Shown here: positions 18,747 through 29,070 of the stretch, piece after piece
Numbering within the stretch: the stretch's first letter is position 1
Layout: every line of letters begins with the position of its first letter
NCBI GenBank assembly: GCA_048882045.1
Contig: JBHLRZ010000007.1
Coordinates: 1-64,000, forward strand
Origin: Candidatus Thorarchaeota archaeon
GTDB lineage: Archaea > Asgardarchaeota > Thorarchaeia > Thorarchaeales > Thorarchaeaceae
Reading direction: 5' to 3'
DNA: 64,000 bases
Made by a program: the position numbers and the translations under genes
The notes under the pieces: model-generated
What the model was told of the DNA's origin: nothing
What the model saw: only the letters and a program-made list of their open reading frames with translations
The model's database searches: none

Positions 18747-19751
18747 GTGAGAAATATGGTTCAATGTTTTGTAACTGGTGGAAATGGATTTGTCGGTTCA
18801 TACATTGTAAGACTTCTTCTGGCTGACAAACATGATGTGACTATCTTGAGAAGAGAAACATCAAATCTCGAACTCATTGATGGACTTTCCTTTACATCCG
18901 GAATTGGGGATGTTAGAAATCTCGAGAGTTTGGAGAAAGCAATACCTGATGATACTGAATGGTTCTTCAACAACGCGGCAATAATGAAGGACTGGGGAGA
19001 CAAGTCAAAGTTCTTTCCTGTGAATGTAGACGGAACACAAAATGTATTGGAGATGATTCGGAAGAAAGACATTCCAAGATTAATTCATACCTCCTCAACA
19101 GCAGTTTACGGTTTTCCTAATCGGGAAGAAGCTCTAACCGAAGATGCTCCGTGGGCTCCAATAAATTCATACCAACATTCCAAGGCAGCTGCAGAAACTT
19201 TGATTCGAGAATATGAGGAAACATATGGAATCAAGGCAACAATGGTCCGAGGCCCAACTGTACTAGGAAAAGGAGATTTCTTCACGGGTCCTCAGATAAT
19301 GGAACGGATAAAACAGGGCAAAATGGTGACGTTTGGGGGAGGTAACAATCAGCAGAGCTATGCCCATGGTGAGGACTTTGCTAGATGCCTCATCATTGCA
19401 GCGGAGAAATTTGACAAATCAGTAGGCAATGCCTACAATGTAACCTCTTTCACTTGTTCATTCAGGGAACTCTTGGAGAAACTTGCTGATGAAATGGCTG
19501 CTCCGAAGAAATTTACTAACTTCCCCTATCTCCCATCAGTTGCAATGGGAGCCGGAGCGGCAGGTTTCTATCGAGCCTTTCATAGAAAACAAGCTCCACT
19601 CATAACTCCATTCAGAGTCAAGCTCTTTGGTTCTTCATATGTCATAGATAGTACCAAGGCCAGAATTGAACTCGCATATGAGCCCAAATGGGACCTGAAT
19701 GCTACAGTTCGAGATATGGTTGAATGGAAAGGGGCGGTTAGAGAGAGATAG
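18747..19751 (+). CDS. NAD-dependent epimerase/dehydratase (3-beta-HSD-like extended SDR)
   Basis: VTGGNGFVG, HTSSTAVYG, YQHSK catalytic YxxxK. Confidence 0.9.
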   Translation: MRNMVQCFVTGGNGFVGSYIVRLLLADKHDVTILRRETSNLELIDGLSFTSGIGDVRNLESLEKAIPDDTEWFFNNAAIMKDWGDKSKFFPVNVDGTQNVLEMIRKKDIPRLIHTSSTAVYGFPNREEALTEDAPWAPINSYQHSKAAAETLIREYEETYGIKATMVRGPTVLGKGDFFTGPQIMERIKQGKMVTFGGGNNQQSYAHGEDFARCLIIAAEKFDKSVGNAYNVTSFTCSFRELLEKLADEMAAPKKFTNFPYLPSVAMGAGAAGFYRAFHRKQAPLITPFRVKLFGSSYVIDSTKARIELAYEPKWDLNATVRDMVEWKGAVRER

Positions 19752-19805
19752 AGTCGAAGGACTTTTGTTAACGGTTGCTCATAGATAGCTCTAGGTGTAA
19801 TTCAC

Positions 19806-20057
19806 ATGGGAGAAACGAGAGTAGGTATTGTTTCAAGATATTTCCATAAAATCGGTGTTGCTGCTATCGTTCTAGAGGATGAGCTAAAAGTAGGTAATAA
19901 AATCAGGATAGAAGGTTCAACAACCAATTTTGAGATGGAGATCAGATCTATGCAGATTGATAGAGCGAATATAGATTCAGGTTCAAAAGGGCAAGAGATA
20001 GCAATAAAGGTACCAGACAGAGTTCGTGAGAAGGATATCGTCTACATCATAGAATAA
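19806..20057 (+). CDS. Small translation-factor-like beta-barrel protein (U32 peptidase C-terminal-like)
   Basis: VG.VSRYF.KIGVA..L..LKVG..I.I.G.TT.F...I.SMQID family pattern. Confidence 0.75.
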   Translation: MGETRVGIVSRYFHKIGVAAIVLEDELKVGNKIRIEGSTTNFEMEIRSMQIDRANIDSGSKGQEIAIKVPDRVREKDIVYIIE

Positions 20058-20079
20058 AGATAGTGGATAAGGGAGCTTC

Positions 20080-23000
20080 TTACCCACCCAATCTATCTAT
20101 TGTTTCTTGAAGGTATTTCAAATCGTCAAAGCTCTGTGGGTCTACTAACAATGATGCTCTGATGACTTTCTCCTCACCTGGCATTAGCCAAGTCATCATA
20201 TCAACAGCTCCCAGAATCAGCGATTCACCGAGATTTATTGCTAGAGTGTGCGAATCAGATCCTCCAACCATGAAGCCAAACCCAGTCGTTTTTCCCTTTT
20301 TCTCATTTGGTTTTAACCATACAAGACTTCTTGATGGTGTCACTGCTACTGGAACCATTCCTGGCTTTAACTCTACATCGTTTCCATCCCAATCTGTTTG
20401 GAAGCTTCCATTGGCGAGTTGCTTTGTGTTTTCTGGATCTACTAGTAGTGTTGGCCAGAATCTGAGCGGGCTACTAGTCTTATTCTTAATGAACCATTGA
20501 ATCAGCACAAGGGGGCTCTGAGGTGTTGTGAGATATTGGAGCTTGAAACTCACTCCTCTCGCAAGCTTCTGCAGTTTTCCTACCCATGTAACCTCAACAC
20601 CACTCCAGTGCTCTGACTCCACCTTCCGACCTGACATCTTTTCTCTGTTCGTCCGAGCTTTTGAGAATTCCTCTCCCATTTCCTCATCGAAAATGGTGGG
20701 TTGGACTCCACCGAAGTAATTATCAAAAAACCCACCAGGTTTTGGTGCTGCTGTTGGAAAAGAACTTGTCATGAACTCGACACCGTTCTTGTTTTTCAAT
20801 GAGATAAGACAACCACCATAGTCTGGAGATACCGTATAGCTGATTAATCCATTTTCAACACGAAACACCTTCATGTTCTGATCGATTTCCTCAGAAACAA
20901 CCACTTCTCCTTCTGAGGATCCTAGTTGGATAATTGTAACTGGTTTTTTGACAGTCCAGACCGTCTTTAGTTCAAGTAATGCTCTCTGTATCGAAAAACC
21001 GTCCGGTTGCTTTGGTCCAGGTATCAACTTCAAATCAAAAGTTGCATCCTGCATCAACTGAACATCAACTGAAGCTTCTGAGGAATTTGCAGAGTTTGAT
21101 TCGATGCCTTCCGGATTCAGAGAGGCATTCCATAATTTGGGTACTGTGAGGGTAAGTCTTCCTTCCAGTGGAACAACTGTGGATTTCGTCAAGGTAATCT
21201 TTGTATCTACATTGCTGATGTGAGGCAAGACAATGGGTTCAGCTTCTATGTTGACTAATCCCTTTGGAGTTTCACGACGAATTGCCTTAGGTTCGTTCTG
21301 GTAGTAACCGCCAATTTTGGACCGCCAAGAAGTTTCAACCTGCTGCCAGTTTTGAGACCCATATACAAACCAAAGTTGAGATAGGCATCGCTCCTCTTTT
21401 GGTTCAAGAGTAACAAGAGGATAGCTTATCATACCTATCTGTCCAAGTCCGATACGAACTTCTTCAACCTTAGAGTGGTCCCAGAGTTGACCTGTCACAA
21501 ATCCTTGTTGTTCATTTGCAATCCATCCTTCAGCAAAACCAGAGGGATCACTAGGTATTGCTGGATAACCTGAATAGAAGTTCCCCAGTTTTGCTTCTAA
21601 GACTCCGGTAGCTAGAGGAACAAACATCTTCCCCTCAGCAAATGTTATGTCTCCACCTCTTCCAGTCAATCTTAGTTGGAAGGTTTCACTCTCTGTACTT
21701 GTGTTAGTCACCCACACTTCGTGAAGGATTATACCTGTTCCATGTTCAAATCTGGCACGTTCCTTGATGTCGAGAGGGCGATCGGGATGGCTAGCTGACA
21801 TTGTGACAACAGTTTCTGTGTCCAGTGTTTCCACAGATGCTGTTCGTTCTGCAAAACGGAATGGATTGATGCCGAAAGGTGGACCGATAGAAGCACGGAC
21901 TTGCATGGAAGCTTCAGCTGAGGAGTAATTATTGTTGGTTCTAAGGATTGCACCTTCCTCTGCTATTGATGCAGTATAAATAGGCGAAGTGATTAATAGA
22001 CGTCTCTCCCTATCGTCACGACCAACAGCAACTCCTCTCATTCCTAGGCAAAATACTGGCACCCGAAATTCACGTGTTGTCACACTCAATCCTGCTTTGG
22101 TATCAATCTCCAGACTAATCCAAATATCATGTACTCCTTCCTCCAACTCCGGATCAGCAGTGACCTTAAGGATAGTTCCGCCAAAACCATCTGAAGGTAG
22201 CCTAATTTCACCGTTAAGGCAAGATGCTTTGATTTGAGATTCCTGTGTCTTTAGGTGAACACGTGCTGTAGCTTTTGTTGAGAGATTACTAATAACAGTG
22301 AGAGGAATCTCAGTATGTCCACCTGCTTTAATTCGTGCTAAACCCCAACGTGTCCGAATTTCAGCTGCTGGTCTTACCTTGAGACCAGTGATCAGGTCTG
22401 ATGAATTTCCGTCGACCTCAATATGTGTGATTATTGTTGGTGCCTTGAACTCATTTCTGAAGAGAGGAGCCGAAGACTCGAGATGAAAGCGTACTGACCA
22501 TTCCATCCTGTTCCCAGCTGGGACTATCTTGGAGAGAGATGATTTGTCATCGAATATCATTCCCTCGAATGCTTCCAATTGAGCAGAGAATTCAAGATCA
22601 TCATCACTCTCGTTGACTACTTCTAAAGTATAGGTGTAGGGTAACCCACAAAGTACCTGATGCGAATCGACTCGCGAGCGGAATTTAATCCTTGAAGAGT
22701 CGATTGTCCTGTCTATTGATGAGATGCCCCGACCATATCTGTCGATTACTACAGACAGACTGTTTTTTCCGTTTTGAAACTCGTAGGGGTAAATCGCCAA
22801 CCCATCGATTTCATATTCGTCAGGTGCTTGTTCAGGTTTTCTTACATGCACATTGTACCACTCATGAGACTCTTTGAGTGGTTTGAAGAAGGGATTGCTG
22901 AGGGGATGTTTGAGGATACCAGGAATATAATCTTCCATATGAACTCCCCCAAGCTCCGGATTCCACATCATACCAATCTTCTTGTAAAGTGGGACAGCTT

Positions 23001-23400
23001 TCATGTTTCCTGCCCACGTGTTTAGGTCAACCCGTGTGTATCCTTTCTGAGAAGCACGATTGATCGATTCAAGAAGGAGACGTTTTCCGACCTTCTTCCC
23101 GAGTGCTTCAGGTGACACACCTAATGTACCAATATAAGCCGCTTCACTATCACGCCAATGTTTGAAGAGTGTACAAGAGCCTACTGGTTTCTTGCTCTCA
23201 TTATCGATTGCGATTAGAATAGCGAGTGCGTCTGACTTACCAAACTGCTTGTGAACGCGATCCGCAGTGTAAGGAACACCTTGAGTGAAACCACCTGGCC
23301 AAAGTTCGTCCCATGTATTCCACATAGTAGCTATGTCTGCAGCCAATGATTCTTCGTAATCGCGGAGTTCAATTTCAATCTGTTCAGTCATATTCATCAA
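20080..23400 (-). CDS. Large multidomain GNAT N-acetyltransferase
   Basis: N-terminal GNAT (LGVSPEALGKKVGKRLL, TWAGNMKAVPLYKKIG) followed by about 900 aa of beta-rich sequence. Confidence 0.8.
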   Translation of the reverse strand: MMNMTEQIEIELRDYEESLAADIATMWNTWDELWPGGFTQGVPYTADRVHKQFGKSDALAILIAIDNESKKPVGSCTLFKHWRDSEAAYIGTLGVSPEALGKKVGKRLLLESINRASQKGYTRVDLNTWAGNMKAVPLYKKIGMMWNPELGGVHMEDYIPGILKHPLSNPFFKPLKESHEWYNVHVRKPEQAPDEYEIDGLAIYPYEFQNGKNSLSVVIDRYGRGISSIDRTIDSSRIKFRSRVDSHQVLCGLPYTYTLEVVNESDDDLEFSAQLEAFEGMIFDDKSSLSKIVPAGNRMEWSVRFHLESSAPLFRNEFKAPTIITHIEVDGNSSDLITGLKVRPAAEIRTRWGLARIKAGGHTEIPLTVISNLSTKATARVHLKTQESQIKASCLNGEIRLPSDGFGGTILKVTADPELEEGVHDIWISLEIDTKAGLSVTTREFRVPVFCLGMRGVAVGRDDRERRLLITSPIYTASIAEEGAILRTNNNYSSAEASMQVRASIGPPFGINPFRFAERTASVETLDTETVVTMSASHPDRPLDIKERARFEHGTGIILHEVWVTNTSTESETFQLRLTGRGGDITFAEGKMFVPLATGVLEAKLGNFYSGYPAIPSDPSGFAEGWIANEQQGFVTGQLWDHSKVEEVRIGLGQIGMISYPLVTLEPKEERCLSQLWFVYGSQNWQQVETSWRSKIGGYYQNEPKAIRRETPKGLVNIEAEPIVLPHISNVDTKITLTKSTVVPLEGRLTLTVPKLWNASLNPEGIESNSANSSEASVDVQLMQDATFDLKLIPGPKQPDGFSIQRALLELKTVWTVKKPVTIIQLGSSEGEVVVSEEIDQNMKVFRVENGLISYTVSPDYGGCLISLKNKNGVEFMTSSFPTAAPKPGGFFDNYFGGVQPTIFDEEMGEEFSKARTNREKMSGRKVESEHWSGVEVTWVGKLQKLARGVSFKLQYLTTPQSPLVLIQWFIKNKTSSPLRFWPTLLVDPENTKQLANGSFQTDWDGNDVELKPGMVPVAVTPSRSLVWLKPNEKKGKTTGFGFMVGGSDSHTLAINLGESLILGAVDMMTWLMPGEEKVIRASLLVDPQSFDDLKYLQETIDRLGG

Positions 23401-23566
23401 TCCATAATATTGTAACTAGCTTCATCTACACTGGTCACTGGATATGCTGTTTCTGAGACAAACTGACCAGTTCAGTGACCATAACATTTTGCGATTCAGC
23501 AAGATTGTCTTTTCTCATTTAGTATAAATAGCGTAGCCACTTCTTAGGGTCGCAAGTTGTTACTTT

Positions 23567-24151
23567 TTATTTTGTCATTTTTCGTGTCCCTTCACGAGAG
23601 ATGAGCTGGTCACCATCACCTTCTTCTAGATTCTCATATCTTGCCATTACGAACAACAGGTCAGACAATCGATTGATGTATCTGATGAGCTCCTCATTGA
23701 CTGGTTTGTCTCTTGCATATTGAACGATTCGTCTTTCAGCTCTTCGACAGACCGTCCTACTTACATGGAGGAAGGCTGCAGCCTTTGTGCCACCGGGAAT
23801 GATAAAATTCGTGAGAAGTGGGAGCTCTTCAGATAACTCATCTGCAATCTTTTCGAGGAAATCAACATCTTCCGCTGTGACAGTCTTCACACTTCTTAGT
23901 GGATCATCTGCACCAAGAGAATTTGCATCGGTAGCAAGCTCCGCATTAATGACGAAAAGCTTCTGCTGTATCTCATGGATGTAGGTTGCGATTCTTTCTG
24001 ATGCATGAACCTTAGCAACCCCAAGTGTCGTACCTAGCTCATCCACAGTTCCGTATGCCTCGACCCGTGGGTCGTCCTTTGCAATCCGTTCTCCGGAGAG
24101 AAGACCGGTTTCTCCTTTATCACCAGCTCTAGTGTAGATCCTCTTTGACAA
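23567..24151 (-). CDS. pduO: ATP:cob(I)alamin adenosyltransferase, PduO type
   Basis: IYTRAGDKGET, EAYGTVDEL, FIIPGG, RTVCRRAER, NRLSDLLF. Confidence 0.95.
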   Translation of the reverse strand: MSKRIYTRAGDKGETGLLSGERIAKDDPRVEAYGTVDELGTTLGVAKVHASERIATYIHEIQQKLFVINAELATDANSLGADDPLRSVKTVTAEDVDFLEKIADELSEELPLLTNFIIPGGTKAAAFLHVSRTVCRRAERRIVQYARDKPVNEELIRYINRLSDLLFVMARYENLEEGDGDQLISREGTRKMTK

Positions 24152-24217
24152 GCTACCACCAACTCGTGGTTCACAGTGCTAGATGATTAGCCTTTCCATA
24201 GGTGAAATAACATCTCA

Positions 24218-25387
24218 TTATCTAGCCCAATTCGATAACCTTTCTGCTGCTTCAGTTTCCTTTCGGTGCAACTCATCAAGGAGACCTTCTGTTCCAAATA
24301 CTATTGAGTCGAAATGCTCAACTTCTTTTGAAGCAGTTTGCATGAGTGAAGGAACATCCGCCAACCTCTCCTTTACATCATCCAGAGCCCTCACACCTAT
24401 CTGCTCCATATCATGATTGTTCTTCACATAGATCTCTCTAATTCGTGCCATACTTGGCATATCATCCGGTGTCAATCGAATCGCAAGCTCAGACCAGTCG
24501 TCACATATGTCATCGTAGAGATGAGAGACCTTCTGAAGCTCTTGGTCCTTCATGACCTGTGCAGCCTCTTTCAGAAATTGCGAATACATCCGGCGGAAGA
24601 GAGACCCTCCGCTACCCCCGACTTCAATGTACACAAAGTGTTCTACCAAGGCATGCATTATTGACCTGCTGTCAGGTAGAATCTTGGGATACCTTCTCAA
24701 CTCCTTCTTCCATCTTAAAATCCCACTCGTACCCATATTGGAGATAGGAGGATTGAGCATGAACTCCATGTTTTCGCGAACTGCAGATGGAATGATCTCT
24801 TCAAGCGGTATTGTTTCTTCGGGCATGAAGACTTGCATCAACTTGTTCTTGGCAGGGAATGGATGGTACTCGGAAGCTCTTGCTTTCTGCAGCCTTGAAA
24901 GTGGGATTGTTATGGCCGTAGCAAAACGATCCGATATGTACGCTTCATCTTTCTCTTCGTCAATTCCATAGACCAGTATGGTGTGCATCCCAAAGTGGTC
25001 ATCTCCTCCAAGTGAGAGATAGTCAAGAAATCCTAAATCTGCACACACCAACACTGGTTGGTCCTGTAGAAGTGTTTCTCGAAGGTGTGAGTGTGCTTTC
25101 TTGATTGAGCTGGATTTCAGGACCTTCCATTCACCACCAAGACGGTCCACAGCGAGTCCTAGAATTGTTGGAAATCGTCCACCATTCATTCCTCCAACAA
25201 ACGGAGTTGGCATCTGTTTCATCTTCCAATAGATGAAACCTAGACCGGATCCAATTCCTACTAACATTTCTTCTGAAATCTTGTGTCCCCTGTGACCCAG
25301 CAATTTCCAAAGTGAACTAGTCATACAGTTTTTTCCACCAGGAAGGTGCTCAAAATCCAAAACTATTCTTTCACTCATCGTTTTCAC
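24218..25387 (-). CDS. BtrH N-terminal-like (papain-like fold) / DUF4872 protein
   Basis: NCMTSS, SEEML.GIGSGLGF.Y, HFGMH..LVYG.D, GG.GG.LFR.MY..FL.EA. Confidence 0.8.
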   Translation of the reverse strand: MKTMSERIVLDFEHLPGGKNCMTSSLWKLLGHRGHKISEEMLVGIGSGLGFIYWKMKQMPTPFVGGMNGGRFPTILGLAVDRLGGEWKVLKSSSIKKAHSHLRETLLQDQPVLVCADLGFLDYLSLGGDDHFGMHTILVYGIDEEKDEAYISDRFATAITIPLSRLQKARASEYHPFPAKNKLMQVFMPEETIPLEEIIPSAVRENMEFMLNPPISNMGTSGILRWKKELRRYPKILPDSRSIMHALVEHFVYIEVGGSGGSLFRRMYSQFLKEAAQVMKDQELQKVSHLYDDICDDWSELAIRLTPDDMPSMARIREIYVKNNHDMEQIGVRALDDVKERLADVPSLMQTASKEVEHFDSIVFGTEGLLDELHRKETEAAERLSNWAR

Positions 25388-26046
25388 CTCTTACTGGTTT
25401 TTCTGAATGTAAAACCTCTACCAGACTCTACTTGTTTGATAAATGAATCAAGCCAATCAATCTGACATCGAGTAGACATAGCTGGACGGTCAAACAATGC
25501 CCGAACTGCACCTATGTTTTCCAAGTTATCATACTCTTCAACCGTAATTTGACCAACTCTACTCGTTGGAGATTCTTTTCGAAGCTGTTCCAAGTTGTCG
25601 AAGTTTCGAACATTTGAATCGAGAAATTCTAATCCACTCCCTAAGTTGTTCCTATATTCTCGAAGAGCTTCTAGCACCTCCTCCTTTGTTATGAGACTCA
25701 TAGCCGAAACTCCGAGATCGAAGAGTGTCTTAGGTCTTGGAGGAGTGCTGAGACACATCTTGATTTGCTTCTTGAGTACTGCATGCCCCTTTCTGGTCAA
25801 CTTGTAAGTTTTCTTTGATGTCCTGACCGTTGCATCTCTCTTCTTGCCTTCAACTAACCCACGTTTCTCTAGTTCAGATAGTGCTTTGTAGACTGATGAA
25901 AACCTGAGATCAACCCATTCCCGATATCCAAACTGATCAATTATGCTGTTTACTTCATAGCCATATTCCGCTCCGCTTCCAAGGATAGACAGAACTGCAA
26001 GGTATGTTGAAGGAAGGAATTCGTCAGAGGTCGTCATAGTCCTCAC
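25384..26046 (-). CDS. PadR-family transcriptional regulator
   Basis: YGYEVN, SSVYKALSELEKRGLV, K.Y.LT.KG. Confidence 0.88.
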   Translation of the reverse strand: MRTMTTSDEFLPSTYLAVLSILGSGAEYGYEVNSIIDQFGYREWVDLRFSSVYKALSELEKRGLVEGKKRDATVRTSKKTYKLTRKGHAVLKKQIKMCLSTPPRPKTLFDLGVSAMSLITKEEVLEALREYRNNLGSGLEFLDSNVRNFDNLEQLRKESPTSRVGQITVEEYDNLENIGAVRALFDRPAMSTRCQIDWLDSFIKQVESGRGFTFRKTSKR

Positions 26047-26052
26047 ATTTGA

Positions 26053-26092
26053 TATTATACCAGTAGAATATATTTATTATACCAGTAGAATA
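26053..26092. promoter_or_regulatory. Tandem 18-bp operator repeats (TATTATACCAGTAGAATA x2)
   Basis: Identical copies at 26053-26070 and 26075-26092, each an imperfect palindrome, between divergent genes. Confidence 0.75.
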
Positions 26093-26143
26093 ATATAAGT
26101 GTTGTGAGACAGCAATCAGAAATGTTAATCTCACAGAAATTAG

Positions 26144-28534
26144 ATGGTTTCAACAATGGTGGTTGAAAAACATCGTTCAGCCTGTGCGTTGAACTGTCCT
26201 GACATATGTGCATACATAGTCCATATTGAAGATGACAGAATCACCAGGATAGAGGGAGACCCTGATCACCCGTATACACTTGGCAGATGCTGTCCGAAAG
26301 GGTATGCACATGTCCAGCGGATGTACTACGACGACAGGTTGCTTTACCCACAGAAAAGACAACCAGACGGAACATTCTCCGGAATCACATGGGGAGAGGC
26401 ATTAGACGAGATAGCCTACAGGATGAGGGAAGCGAAGGACAACTTTGGACCAGAGAGTGTGGGTATCTATTCTGGTTCTGGAAATGATGGTATGGCTTCA
26501 AGGTATGCTGCTCGTTTTGCGAATGCATTTGGGTGTAGAATGATCCCGGGAATAGTCGAAATCTGTTTTCAGGGAGCATATGAAGGAGCACGATTCAATG
26601 TGGGACCATTTCCACCTCATGAGCTTCAGGATTGGGCAAACTCGAAGTGCATCGTAATCTGGGGGACCAACAAGTATGAATCTAGTCTTCACAGCAAGAG
26701 AGTGATTGATGAAGCAATAGACAACGGAGCCAAACTCATCGTTATTGATCCACGAAAGACACCTTATGCCAAGAGAGCGGACCTCTACACAACAATTAGG
26801 CCTGGGACTGATAGTGCCCTAGCCTTGGGTATGGCGAATGAGATAATTCGCAGAAACCTCTATGACCACGATTTCGTGGAGAACCACGTTCACGGTTTTG
26901 AGGAGTTTGCGGCGCGAGCATCCGAGTATGATACCAAACGAGTGAGTGAGATCACATGGATCGAGGAGAGTATGATCCGAGAATTAGCGACTATGTTTGC
27001 CACTCATGGACCTGCGTTGATCATGACCGCCCCTGCTGGGATGAACCATTACACAAATGGTACATGGGCTGCACGAGCAGTCCATAGCCTTCTAGCCATT
27101 TGTGGATACTTGGGAGTTTCAGGGGGAGGTTTTCAATATCTGTCATCGGACAATAGCTCCTTCAATGGAGCGGCAGTAACTTTACCTGAATTACTCGATT
27201 CTTCAATAATGCCAGTCGTACCCTCAGGCACGTACGTACCAGACTATGTACTTGGACACGAAACGAGTCCATTCAAGGTCTTTGTCATTCAGGCCGCAAG
27301 TCCCATCACTCAATGGCCAAACACTAACAAAGTGATAGAAGCACTGAACAAGATACCGTTCAAGGTCTGCATTGATATCGAAATGACTGATACAGCCAGA
27401 CTTTGTGACATTGTACTTCCAGCGACATTCATCTTCGAACACGATAACCTAGTCCATTCAGAGCTACATAGGATTGTCCAATATGCTCCTAAGCTGGTCG
27501 AACCAAGAGGAGAGGCACGAAGTGAGCTGGATATCTGGAAGGGAGTTGCAGAGATATTAGGAATCGACGAACACTTCCAACTCACTGAAATTGATGCGAT
27601 TAGACTTGCACTTCAGAGTGAAGACTGCAAGGACATAACACTGGAGAAACTCATTGAAAAGCCCGAAGGCATTAGAACAAGAAGTCCAGCAATCCCATTC
27701 TCAGATAGAAAGTTCAAGACCAGAACAGGTAGAGTTCACCTCTATGTGTCTGAGCTAGAGGAGGAGGGTCTTGATCCTCTACCATTTCATGAAGAACCTC
27801 TTGAGAGCCCACTATCAACACCAAGGATCTTTGAGGAATATCCGCTAATCATGATTACTGGACGTCTTCGAGAACGACTTCACTCACAATATACAACAGT
27901 AACAGTGGGAGGGGCGGTCAAGAGTTATGCTCATTGCACTACATGTAAGAAGTGCGTTGAAGAGTGTCCAGATGAAGCAATCTTCATGACACAACCGAGT
28001 ACGAGCATCATTCAGAAGGATGTGGGAGTTGCACCAGACCAACAGGCCCCACTCAGAAAGAAATTGGGTCAACTTGTAGGAGAACTCGCAGTGCAGGTCT
28101 CCACAGATAGACTTCATATCCCTACAGACATCACTGGGTTACTTATCCCCGAATGGGATGCATCTAGGTGTATAGGTTGTCGTGAGTGCGAGGTTGAAGT
28201 GTGTCCATATGATGTCGTCACTGAGACCATAAGAATGCCAACCAAAGGAGAAGCGGGAAAGAATAGAGTCTTCATTCGCATGCATCCTCGAACAGCAAAT
28301 GAACTAGGTTTGAGGAGTGGAGATCGTGTTAATGTCGAGTCAAAGAGAGGGACTGTTTCAAATGTCAGACTCGAACTGACTGAGGATATTGATCCAAGAA
28401 TCGTGTGGTCTTCTGACGGGTGGTGGGATGAAGACGGGAACATCAACTACCTCACAGATGACAAACACACTGCTTTTGGTAGCACACCTGGATTCAACTC
28501 AGTACTGGTCCGAGTCAGACCGTCTAGAAACTAG
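26144..28534 (+). CDS. Mo/W-bisPGD oxidoreductase catalytic subunit with inserted 2x[4Fe-4S] ferredoxin
   Basis: CALNCPDIC...CPKG, WGTN, VIDPR, RPGTD.ALA, DIVLPA. CTTCKKCVEECP and CIGCRECEVEVCP lie inside the C-terminal dinucleotide-binding domain. Confidence 0.9.
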   Translation: MVSTMVVEKHRSACALNCPDICAYIVHIEDDRITRIEGDPDHPYTLGRCCPKGYAHVQRMYYDDRLLYPQKRQPDGTFSGITWGEALDEIAYRMREAKDNFGPESVGIYSGSGNDGMASRYAARFANAFGCRMIPGIVEICFQGAYEGARFNVGPFPPHELQDWANSKCIVIWGTNKYESSLHSKRVIDEAIDNGAKLIVIDPRKTPYAKRADLYTTIRPGTDSALALGMANEIIRRNLYDHDFVENHVHGFEEFAARASEYDTKRVSEITWIEESMIRELATMFATHGPALIMTAPAGMNHYTNGTWAARAVHSLLAICGYLGVSGGGFQYLSSDNSSFNGAAVTLPELLDSSIMPVVPSGTYVPDYVLGHETSPFKVFVIQAASPITQWPNTNKVIEALNKIPFKVCIDIEMTDTARLCDIVLPATFIFEHDNLVHSELHRIVQYAPKLVEPRGEARSELDIWKGVAEILGIDEHFQLTEIDAIRLALQSEDCKDITLEKLIEKPEGIRTRSPAIPFSDRKFKTRTGRVHLYVSELEEEGLDPLPFHEEPLESPLSTPRIFEEYPLIMITGRLRERLHSQYTTVTVGGAVKSYAHCTTCKKCVEECPDEAIFMTQPSTSIIQKDVGVAPDQQAPLRKKLGQLVGELAVQVSTDRLHIPTDITGLLIPEWDASRCIGCRECEVEVCPYDVVTETIRMPTKGEAGKNRVFIRMHPRTANELGLRSGDRVNVESKRGTVSNVRLELTEDIDPRIVWSSDGWWDEDGNINYLTDDKHTAFGSTPGFNSVLVRVRPSRN

Positions 28535-29019
28535 AACGATTTGTGGTCTTCCGTAGGCGGCCAGTACCCGAGTGCCTGTCTCGTTGCTACAATTTCTCCG
28601 ATATGATAGGCATTATGCTGACCAAAGACCATGAGAGCCTGGTAAGTTGGAACCTTTGGCCAAGCTGGAAGTGGCTCTTGGGATTCGATATCATCGGTCA
28701 TCTTCAGAGCTTCATCGAGACCTGTCTTGAATTTCTCCACAAGGTCTATCCAGTCCTTGTCATTCTTGGAAACCTTTGTTGCCCAACTCTGTTCATTGTT
28801 CTTTGGCCAAGCCACTTTCTCGTTCTTTCGTAGAGCTGCTAGCATCAAATCTTGCCAGTAGACTATGTGTCCCAGAATCTGCCAACATGAGTGCTCACTG
28901 TTTGCAGGGATTTCCCCTGCCATTTCAGCTGTCATATTCTTAAGAGCATGCACTGTGTCGACGTGTATGTGCTTCCCTGTGAGTGAGAACTTCAGGGCAG
29001 CAGTCATTGTATCTAACAT
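28531..29019 (-). CDS. DinB-family protein
   Basis: HSCWQILGHIVYW and HNAYHIGEI His pattern. Confidence 0.85.
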   Translation of the reverse strand: MLDTMTAALKFSLTGKHIHVDTVHALKNMTAEMAGEIPANSEHSCWQILGHIVYWQDLMLAALRKNEKVAWPKNNEQSWATKVSKNDKDWIDLVEKFKTGLDEALKMTDDIESQEPLPAWPKVPTYQALMVFGQHNAYHIGEIVATRQALGYWPPTEDHKSF

Positions 29020-29070
29020 GGGATAGGCATAGAGCCCATACCAAATGAATGTTTACAACTAAGCGGCTGG

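Noticed and set aside
18747-19751. Sterol metabolism inferred from the 3-beta-HSD-like SDR plus SCP2
   Set aside because: Both families are broad in specificity and the genes are unlinked. No sterol-specific genes are present.
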